DNA of 36,413 nucleotides from a virus (Duplodnaviria; Heunggongvirae; Uroviricota; Caudoviricetes): IMG/VR virus record IMGVR_UViG_2724679172_000015; one strand, 5' to 3'. Shown piece by piece: positions 9,004 to 15,731 of this stretch (position 1 is its first letter; each line of letters starts with the position of its first letter). The notes under the pieces were generated by a model. It saw only the letters and a program-made list of their open reading frames with translations, ran no database searches and was not told where the DNA came from. The position numbers and the translations under genes were made by a program.

Positions 9004-9091
9004 ATGCGGATAGTTCCAGTTGGGTTATCATGTACTCAATATGAATAAATGTACTTATTCAAAATAAATAAATCAAGTGGAATTACGCAAA
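9004..9091. promoter_or_regulatory. Divergent promoter/operator region between ner-like and repressor genes
   Basis: AT-rich 88-bp spacer with two ATGTACT copies about 19 bp apart and three ATAAAT copies. Confidence 0.4.
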
Positions 9092-9508
9092 ATGAATAAC
9101 AAAGATGTTAACGCTGTGCTTTCCCGGTTAATGTCACTATTCCAAGCAGAGAATGATAGTGAGTTGGCAAGAGCGCTTAACGTCAATAGGCAGACACTTG
9201 CAAGTTGGAGGAAGCGTGATTCTGTGCCTTATGCAATTTGCATAAACATCGCAGAAGAAAAGGGGGTTTCTTTAGATTGGTTGCTAACAGGTAGAAAACA
9301 AGGTTTATCAAAAGAAGTAGACGTAACTCCGACGCAAGTGCAGTTTAGCCAAGCTGACCTTACTATGCTTGAGCTTTTAAAGCAGCTAGACCCCGAGGTT
9401 CGTAACGATCTTCTGCGAGGCGCTGCGGAAAAACAGCGAGTGATCGAGATGGAAAAACAACTGAAGGAATTATCCGCAACGATTGAGCGGTTAAAAAATG
9501 TGGGTTAA
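9092..9508 (+). CDS. Phage repressor (CI/c-type HTH repressor with coiled-coil C-terminus, no peptidase domain)
   Basis: HTH segment DSELARALNVNRQTLASWRKRDSVPYAICINIAEEKGVSLDWLL; divergent from ner-like; ATG at 9092 preferred, GTG at 9077 is the alternative. Confidence 0.6.
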   Translation: MNNKDVNAVLSRLMSLFQAENDSELARALNVNRQTLASWRKRDSVPYAICINIAEEKGVSLDWLLTGRKQGLSKEVDVTPTQVQFSQADLTMLELLKQLDPEVRNDLLRGAAEKQRVIEMEKQLKELSATIERLKNVG

Positions 9509-9630
9509 TCTATTCCCAATGAGAACAATTGACAAGGTTATCAAACCTCTTCGTTATATGCGCTGATTTAAACAGTAGGATGTGCTGTTTGCACTAACCA
9601 TCTGAACTTTCCGCGTTAAGGATTAATCGT

Positions 9631-10524
9631 ATGAGTGGTGATGTGAGAAATTATCGTATTGAGTTTCATCAGCTATCGTTTAAGGCCACAGATCAGCTGG
9701 CAAATCTCGGAGATGCTTTTCAATCTGTAATTGATAAACAGAGCCCTTCCTCTTCAAACCATGAGGGTTTTACTAGAGAAATTTGGGGGTTGAAAAAACG
9801 CGCGGATGGTTCTTTTAGTGGAGAGTTGAGAAAATTTCGCAACTCGAACATTCCGGATAAAGGTGCACCAGGGAAACAGTCTACCCCTATTCCACTTGCC
9901 AAGGATGAAGGGATCATTGAGCGCAATTTCTTTGTATTCTATCCCCGAATCAATGTTATAGGTTGGCACTATAATCATATGGCTTGTGGTATAAGCCGTT
10001 TTAGTGCATTTCTTTCAACTATCTTTGGTTCAAAGGTTAAGCCCGCACCTTTGCTGGAAAAAGATGCAATCGCTAGGCTTATGAGAGGAGATGTCAAAAT
10101 GAAAAAAATCCAGTTGACGATTCCTCGCCCCCGTAATCCTGAGTTTTACCCTGATACTGATTTCAGTCAAAAGACACTACAACTGCTTGGTGATGCAGGT
10201 GCCGATACAATGCAAATTGTAATGGGGATTAATACTCGCCGTGGCGATAGTGATGGTAGGCTTAAGCAGAATATAAAATTTGCTATGCAAGAGTTAGTCG
10301 AGTTTGGGGCGAAAAAGGCTGTAATTGATGTGTTCGATGCTGATGGTGTTGTCCATCCTGTGGATTTGATTGCCGAGCGTATTTCGTCCTATCAATCGGT
10401 GGTTACTGACGCTCGTTTCCCTCCAGCCGAAACCATGTACCGTCTAATCGATACTGCGTATGCTGAAAACCGGGAGAGTATCAATGCATATATTGGAGAA
10501 GATGAACTCGGCCCTATTGCTTAG
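9631..10524 (+). CDS. Hypothetical soluble protein, 297 aa; candidate RexA-like sensor of a repressor-linked exclusion module
   Basis: AAGGA RBS 8 nt before ATG; immediately downstream of and co-oriented with the repressor; size and position match lambda rexA; no motif recognisable by eye. Confidence 0.55.
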   Translation: MSGDVRNYRIEFHQLSFKATDQLANLGDAFQSVIDKQSPSSSNHEGFTREIWGLKKRADGSFSGELRKFRNSNIPDKGAPGKQSTPIPLAKDEGIIERNFFVFYPRINVIGWHYNHMACGISRFSAFLSTIFGSKVKPAPLLEKDAIARLMRGDVKMKKIQLTIPRPRNPEFYPDTDFSQKTLQLLGDAGADTMQIVMGINTRRGDSDGRLKQNIKFAMQELVEFGAKKAVIDVFDADGVVHPVDLIAERISSYQSVVTDARFPPAETMYRLIDTAYAENRESINAYIGEDELGPIA

Positions 10525-10921
10525 TTTATTGATTGGATGTGGGATTGGTTTTCTCTACTGGTTCAAGTTGCCCCATATGCCAGTAGCCGCAATCCCAAAC
10601 TTCATGACTACATTGTCCAGTGTCTTTGCAACGTTGTTAGGTTTTATTATTACAGCAATTGCACTACTTGCATCATTGCTTGATAAACCGTTACTTAAAA
10701 ACATGCAAAAAACCGGACATTACAAGCGTCTGATGACCGATGCATTCTACACTTGCTTAGTTTTGCTAGTGTTGGTGTTGACATGTTTGATTGGGTTGAT
10801 GCTGCAAAGTAAGCATCAAGAGATTGTAGCCGCTATCCTCATTGGGCTTGTTGTTATGTCTATGTTGTGTTTATTACAAACAGGTAGGCGATTATTCAAT
10901 ATAATCAAAGTGATATCATAA
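10484..10921 (+). CDS. Four-TM membrane protein, 145 aa; candidate RexB-like effector
   Basis: GGGAGAG RBS 5 nt before ATG at 10484; four hydrophobic helices; overlaps upstream gene by 41 nt; AT-rich codon usage. Confidence 0.55.
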   Translation: MHILEKMNSALLLSLLIGCGIGFLYWFKLPHMPVAAIPNFMTTLSSVFATLLGFIITAIALLASLLDKPLLKNMQKTGHYKRLMTDAFYTCLVLLVLVLTCLIGLMLQSKHQEIVAAILIGLVVMSMLCLLQTGRRLFNIIKVIS

Positions 10922-10945
10922 CAATGCACCATCAGGTGCATTGTT
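10920..10945. terminator. Bidirectional terminator-like hairpin between convergent membrane-protein gene and methyltransferase gene
   Basis: Perfect 11-bp inverted repeat AACAATGCACC / GGTGCATTGTT with 4-nt loop, directly after the TAA of the plus-strand gene and 29 bp before the stop of the minus-strand gene. Confidence 0.5.
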
Positions 10946-10973
10946 ATGCAAGACTACTTACCTCCTTCTGAGC

Positions 10974-11741
10974 CTACTCTAAATTACTTACAATAAGTTC
11001 GCGCCGTAGTGTTCCCTTTCCTGCAAGACTGTAGTTGACCTTCACACAGTGAATGTTCAGACCGTTAAAAACCTGCCGCATTTCCGGGATATCGTTGACC
11101 GATATAATCATCTTTCCTCTGATGCTCCGGGCCAGCTCGGACAGCCGCGAGTAGTTCCCTTCAGGAAAATCCACACCATAGCCTTCCGTCCCCAGATACG
11201 GCGGATCACAGTAGAACAGCGTGTGCGGACGGTCATAACGCTTAATGCACTGGTGCCAGTCCATGTGTTCTATCGCCGTTCTGGAAAGCCGCAGGTGTGC
11301 CACTGACAGTTCTTCTTCAATACGTAGCAGGTTGAAGCGTGGCGGGGATGTGGTGGAGGTGCCGAAGCTGTGCTCTGCCACCTTGCCCCCAAACGCCTGC
11401 TTCTGGAGATAGTAGAACCGTGCCGCACGCTGGATATCCGTCAGCGTTTCTTCCGGGGTGATCTGCAGCCATTTGTAGATCTGCCGGCTGACCAGCGCCC
11501 ATTTGAACTGGCGGATAAATTCTTCCAGGTGATGCTTTACCACCCGATACAGGTTCACCAGTTCTCCGTTGATATCGTTAATGACTTCGGTCTTACCAGG
11601 TGTCTTAAGAAAATAGAGCGCAGCTGCGCCGCAGAACGGCTCCACATAACATTCATGCGCCGGAAACAACGGCAGAATGTGTTTGGCCAGACGACGTTTC
11701 CCCCCAATCCAGGGGACTATGGGTAAAGATTGTTCTTTCAT
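10974..11741 (-). CDS. Dam-family N6-adenine DNA methyltransferase (orphan, no cognate endonuclease seen)
   Basis: 255 aa; motif I-like EPFCGAAALYF and catalytic DPPY (YCDPPYLGTEGY) in the alpha-class order typical of Dam/D12 enzymes. Confidence 0.85.
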   Translation of the reverse strand: MKEQSLPIVPWIGGKRRLAKHILPLFPAHECYVEPFCGAAALYFLKTPGKTEVINDINGELVNLYRVVKHHLEEFIRQFKWALVSRQIYKWLQITPEETLTDIQRAARFYYLQKQAFGGKVAEHSFGTSTTSPPRFNLLRIEEELSVAHLRLSRTAIEHMDWHQCIKRYDRPHTLFYCDPPYLGTEGYGVDFPEGNYSRLSELARSIRGKMIISVNDIPEMRQVFNGLNIHCVKVNYSLAGKGTLRRELIVSNLE

Positions 11742-12171
11742 AATCTGTAAGCCTTTTACAATTATTAAAAATATGGCAGGCTAGTCTGGTCTCGCGAGAC
11801 TGACTGAACCTCGGTCGGCTCACAGCCACTTCTGTGGGACGATGGCCAGCCCGGATTTCGGGTACCGGGCTGGTCGTTCTTTCATCGTCATAGTGAAGCT
11901 TGGGAATACTCGACTGCTATTAATGCAGTTTACTGATTCGGTAATTTAACCTGAAAGAGAATGTAGCCAATGAATGATAATAAACATAATCCAGATAAAC
12001 CGTGCACCCGGAAGTCAGGGTTTGACAATCGTCCGCGCCCGGCACGAGAAAGTATCAAGGACGATTCTCTGGAGTATGGCGAATACAGTCCTCTGGACTA
12101 CGGTGGATACAAGGGTATTATTGTAACTAACTCATTTTCACCGCCAGTACGCCCGGAGAAAGGAGACAACA

Positions 12172-12720
12172 GTGAAGACAAATCTGGCTCGTGAATGGGA
12201 AGGCCTGTTGTTTGATGTCAGACGTTCCGTTCGTTACCATAATCGTCGCAGAGCATGGTTTGATCGATTGGATCAGGCCACAAATGTATTGTCCCTGATT
12301 TTTGGTTCTACTGCGATCTATGGTGTTTTGTCCCAGAGCAATAAGAATTTAGCCATGCTTTCTGCTGCTGTTGTGACGATTTTTTCAGCCATCAATCTGG
12401 TTGTTGGTTCATCACAGCGAGCTCGTGCTCATTTTGATTTCGCTCGTAAGTTTTTTGAGCTGGAGCAAAAAATGATTCTGGTGCCAGAAATCACAGAGGA
12501 AAGCCTGCGGACGATAACTTCGGAACGTCTGTCTATTGAAAAAGACGAACCGCCAGTTCTTCGCGTTCTTGACAGTATCTGTTACAACGAGCAGATACTG
12601 TCAATGGATTACCCTAAAGACCAGATGATTGTGGTTGGATTCTGGCAGCGTCTGTTTTCCCCGGTTCTGGATTTTCAGGCAAGTAAGCTACGAAGAGTTA
12701 AAGATACGAGCAATGTCTGA
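12172..12720 (+). CDS. Hypothetical 2-TM membrane protein, 182 aa (candidate moron/exclusion effector)
   Basis: GTG start with AGGAGA RBS 5 nt upstream; arginine-rich N-terminus then two hydrophobic helices (VLSLIFGSTAIYGVL, LAMLSAAVVTIFSAINLVVG) and a soluble C-terminal region. Confidence 0.55.
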   Translation: MKTNLAREWEGLLFDVRRSVRYHNRRRAWFDRLDQATNVLSLIFGSTAIYGVLSQSNKNLAMLSAAVVTIFSAINLVVGSSQRARAHFDFARKFFELEQKMILVPEITEESLRTITSERLSIEKDEPPVLRVLDSICYNEQILSMDYPKDQMIVVGFWQRLFSPVLDFQASKLRRVKDTSNV

Positions 12721-12796
12721 GTTAACTGCTGAATAATGATCTGGTGTCAGGGCTCCACCATTCCGCCTGATTATGTCCTTAATGCATTTCCAGCGT

Positions 12797-12810
12797 GCTT
12801 TAAAATCCTT
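12797..12810. repeat. Direct repeat copy 1 (GCTTTAAAATCCTT)
   Basis: Identical 14-mer at 12797-12810 and 13308-13321 (16 of 17 identical when extended), bracketing the P-loop gene. Confidence 0.7.
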
Positions 12811-13237
12811 ATCCCGTCTGAATTCCAGTTACTACCTGGCGTAACTCCATCAAAACGAGCTCCTGATCGTAAACTGTTATCAGCGCCGCAATGGTGGCAT
12901 GCAGTGCATCGGGCAGTATCCAGGGTTGCCGGCCCGTAGGGCATATAACATCCAGCAGCTCATTCGTCCGACAGATACGCTCCTCGCCGTATGACAACAG
13001 GCCCTGTCCCGTGTATTCCTCTAGCCTGATCACTGTGCCACCCCGTGGCTTCTGCCAGGTCGTCAGATCATCGCCATTCATACGGCGCTCATTCTCCACG
13101 TCAGCAGCATCGACAATGACGCTGTTTCCGAGTTCCTGTTTCACCATCTCTTCTATCCGCGCCAGTACGTAACTTTTACCGCTGCCCACAGGACCGGACA
13201 CAGTGACAGTGATGACCGGATTCAGTGTGTGCGTCAT
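12809..13237 (-). CDS. Small P-loop NTPase-like protein, 142 aa
   Basis: GAGGAG RBS 8 nt before ATG; Walker A GPVGSGKS near N-terminus; candidate Walker B VIVDAAD. Confidence 0.6.
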   Translation of the reverse strand: MTHTLNPVITVTVSGPVGSGKSYVLARIEEMVKQELGNSVIVDAADVENERRMNGDDLTTWQKPRGGTVIRLEEYTGQGLLSYGEERICRTNELLDVICPTGRQPWILPDALHATIAALITVYDQELVLMELRQVVTGIQTG

Positions 13238-13307
13238 ATCGTATTCTCCTCTGTGAATAATTCATCGTTTATCCTGCACATCCCGTATCCTCGGCTCTCT
13301 TAACGCG

Positions 13308-13321
13308 CTTTAAAATCCTTC
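13308..13321. repeat. Direct repeat copy 2 (GCTTTAAAATCCTT)
   Basis: See copy 1; lies about 50 bp upstream of the first lysis gene and about 70 bp upstream of the P-loop gene start. Confidence 0.7.
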
Positions 13322-13367
13322 GCGCCCTGTATTTGTGATGCTGTCTCCACCAAACAAGGAGACACAC

Positions 13368-13718
13368 ATGAAAAACCTGAAAAAATTCATTCCCCCTGTT
13401 AAAAAACCTCGCCTCAGCGGCTGGCTGCTGACCTCAGTGCTGCTGCTGGGCACCATCGCTCTGGTCTCGCCACAGCAGTTGCCTGTTGTGATCTACAAGC
13501 TGGCACTCATCACGCTGGCAGCAGTGCTGGGTTACTGGCTTGACCGTTCGCTCTTCCCCAAAGCCCGTCCCGGTCAGTACCTGAAACATGAAGACAGGCT
13601 GATGGCTGAAGGGCGTTTCCCTGTGCAGACCGGCCTTCACCTTGTATTTTCTGCTGCGTTAATCCGCCGTGCACTGATTGTTGCAGCTGTCTGTCTGGCT
13701 GTTGCGATGGGGCTTTAA
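13368..13718 (+). CDS. Putative holin-like membrane protein, 116 aa
   Basis: AAGGAG RBS before ATG at 13368; three hydrophobic segments; immediately upstream of the endolysin gene. Confidence 0.45.
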   Translation: MKNLKKFIPPVKKPRLSGWLLTSVLLLGTIALVSPQQLPVVIYKLALITLAAVLGYWLDRSLFPKARPGQYLKHEDRLMAEGRFPVQTGLHLVFSAALIRRALIVAAVCLAVAMGL

Positions 13719-13720
13719 TC

Positions 13721-14461
13721 ATGAACTGGCCGCAGATCACCTGGATTGTATGCATGTCCCTGAAACTGGCTTTCGAAGCCTTTCGGGTCTTCATCAGAAC
13801 CGAACGCCTGTCAGTCCGCGCCGGGACCTTTCTGGTTCATATGGCATGGGTATTCTTTGTCGCAATGTTGCTCTGGTGTGGCGGCTTTTTCAGCCAGGCA
13901 TGCGCAGCGCAGCCTCCGCAGGTTGCGCTGCAGTATCGCGATGATGTGATCCGTAATGCCCGGCTTGAATGGGGACTGTCTGCGCCGGTGGCCGACTTCG
14001 CCGCGCAGCTGCATCAGGAAAGCGGCTGGCGACCTGATGCGGTCTCGCCGGCTGGCGCTCAGGGACTGGCGCAGTTTATGCCCACCACCGCTGACTGGAT
14101 AAGTCAGCTGATGCCGGGGCTTAACAGCCGTGAACCGTTTAATCCGGCGTGGGCCATCCGGGCGCTGGTCAGCTATGACCGCTGGCTGTGGCAACGCGTC
14201 AGCGCCGCCAGTGACTGCGAGCGTATGGCCATGACGCTGTCAGGCTATAACGGTGGTCTGGGCTGGGTACAGCGGGACAAACGGCTGGCCTCGCAGCAGG
14301 GGCTGGACAGCACCCGCTGGTTCGGACATGTCGCCACGGTGAATGCCGGACGCAATGCGGCCAGCTGGCGGGAGAACCGCCATTATCCGCAGCGCATCCT
14401 GCGCGAACTGGCACCGCGATATCTCACATGGGGAGGCAGCAGTTGTGTGGCATCTGGTTAA
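13721..14461 (+). CDS. Endolysin, lytic transglycosylase type, with N-terminal signal or signal-anchor segment
   Basis: SLT catalytic region (LHQESGWRPDAVSPAGAQGLAQFMP); hydrophobic segment MAWVFFVAMLLWCGGFF followed by ACAAQ; alternative start at ATG 13841. Confidence 0.7.
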   Translation: MNWPQITWIVCMSLKLAFEAFRVFIRTERLSVRAGTFLVHMAWVFFVAMLLWCGGFFSQACAAQPPQVALQYRDDVIRNARLEWGLSAPVADFAAQLHQESGWRPDAVSPAGAQGLAQFMPTTADWISQLMPGLNSREPFNPAWAIRALVSYDRWLWQRVSAASDCERMAMTLSGYNGGLGWVQRDKRLASQQGLDSTRWFGHVATVNAGRNAASWRENRHYPQRILRELAPRYLTWGGSSCVASG

Positions 14462-15095
14462 AAAGCTGCCGTGGCGCGGCATTCTGCTGGCCATTCTTAT
14501 CAATGCCTTTCTGGTCGGCCTGTATGCCATGGGATACAGAAGTGGTCATGACTCTGCAAAGCGTGACGGTGATACCGCGCTCAGTCAGTTGCAGTCAGCG
14601 TTCGACACGTACAAAACGGAGCAGGCAACGCTTGAGAATGCTGCGCTGCGGGCCTGGGCAAAACGGTATCAGGAGCAGGTGGCCGCCGGGCAGCAGGCTG
14701 AAGTCGGTTACCTTGAGCAGATTGCTCAACTGGAGAGCCGGAATAAACAACTACAGGGGCAAATTAACGATGTCACACAGCGCTGGATTGATGAAAAAGG
14801 TAAGAGCCATCCCATTGAGTGCGTGTTTACTCGCGGTTTCGTGCGTCAGTACAACGCCGCACTCGGGTATGACAACGCATCCGCCGACACCGGTCATTCA
14901 GACTCAGGTGCCGCCACTGGCACCCGCACTGGCACAGCGACCGGGCAACCTGAAACCGCTGACGCCTGGCTACGCGATTCAGGCGTCTCCCAGCGTGACG
15001 TTCTCGCCAACATCATCGACAACGCAGGGCAATGTCGTCGCTGGCGAAACCAGATAAACGCGCTGCTGGATGAACGGGAAGGATTACAGAAATGA
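14445..15095 (+). CDS. Rz-like i-spanin
   Basis: GTG start with GGGAGG RBS; N-terminal TM anchor (WRGILLAILINAFLVGLYAMGY) followed by coiled-coil periplasmic domain; position after endolysin. Confidence 0.6.
   Translation: MWHLVKKLPWRGILLAILINAFLVGLYAMGYRSGHDSAKRDGDTALSQLQSAFDTYKTEQATLENAALRAWAKRYQEQVAAGQQAEVGYLEQIAQLESRNKQLQGQINDVTQRWIDEKGKSHPIECVFTRGFVRQYNAALGYDNASADTGHSDSGAATGTRTGTATGQPETADAWLRDSGVSQRDVLANIIDNAGQCRRWRNQINALLDEREGLQK
14791..15057 (+). CDS. Rz1-like o-spanin lipoprotein embedded in the +1 frame of the Rz-like gene
   Basis: MKKVRAIPLSACLLAVSC lipoprotein signal with lipobox cysteine, followed by a proline-rich mature region; entirely nested in the i-spanin gene. Confidence 0.6.
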   Translation: MKKVRAIPLSACLLAVSCVSTTPHSGMTTHPPTPVIQTQVPPLAPALAQRPGNLKPLTPGYAIQASPSVTFSPTSSTTQGNVVAGETR

Positions 15096-15418
15096 CACTG
15101 CAGGTTGAATTCTGGACGGTGGTGGGCTTTCTCATCACCTTCCTGAGCTTTGTCGGCGGTATGGCCAAATGGCTGTTCAATAAAGCGGAGGAACGTCAGG
15201 CTGCACGTTTTGCCTCTCTTGAGCAGTCACTGCAGCAGTCCGCCTCCAGTTGGGGCGAGCTGGAAAAAGAATTGATGCGATTTAAAGCGGATTTACCGCT
15301 GAATTATGTCCGTCGCGAGGATTATATCCGTGGCCAGACAGTCATCGAGGCCAAACTGGACGCACTTTACAACAAACTGGAAGTGGTACAGCAGTACCGC
15401 AATACCGGAGGTCAATAA
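15092..15418 (+). CDS. Membrane-anchored hypothetical protein, 108 aa
   Basis: GGAAGGA RBS; N-terminal TM helix then coiled-coil-like region; ATG overlaps upstream stop. Confidence 0.5.
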   Translation: MTLQVEFWTVVGFLITFLSFVGGMAKWLFNKAEERQAARFASLEQSLQQSASSWGELEKELMRFKADLPLNYVRREDYIRGQTVIEAKLDALYNKLEVVQQYRNTGGQ

Positions 15419-15729
15419 TGGTCGATATTACCCGGGTACGCCGCGAATCCCTGCGCTGGAGTCTGCTGGTTGCCCTGAACAAAACCCGCCCTTACACCGC
15501 CAGCGAGACGTTGCTGCTGGACGTGTCCCGTGCCATCTACCCGGACACCACGCAACTGGAGCTGCGCCGGGAGCTTGATTATCTGGCAGATCGCAAAATG
15601 GTGGAGCTGGAGAAGAGACCGTCCGGTGACTGGTTTGCCGATCTGAGTCGCCTTGGTGTGGATATTGTGGAATACACCGTGGAATGCGGCCCGGGTATTG
15701 CCCGCCCGGAAAAATACTGGAGTGAGTGA
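15418..15729 (+). CDS. Hypothetical protein, 103 aa
   Basis: GGAGG RBS; start overlaps upstream stop. Confidence 0.5.
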   Translation: MVDITRVRRESLRWSLLVALNKTRPYTASETLLLDVSRAIYPDTTQLELRRELDYLADRKMVELEKRPSGDWFADLSRLGVDIVEYTVECGPGIARPEKYWSE

Positions 15730-15731
15730 TT

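Noticed and set aside
11780-11900. Retron-like or type III antitoxin-like structured RNA
   Set aside because: Hairpins are present but there is no adjacent reverse transcriptase gene and no tandem repeat array, so neither model is supported.
12736-12939. 67-aa plus-strand ORF
   Set aside because: Overlaps the 3-prime end of the P-loop gene on the opposite strand; no RBS; likely spurious.
14428-14790. N-terminal 121 codons of the 209-aa +1-frame ORF overlapping the i-spanin gene
   Set aside because: Only the C-terminal part from ATG 14791 looks like a real protein (lipoprotein signal plus proline-rich o-spanin); the upstream part is non-protein-like and has no start context.
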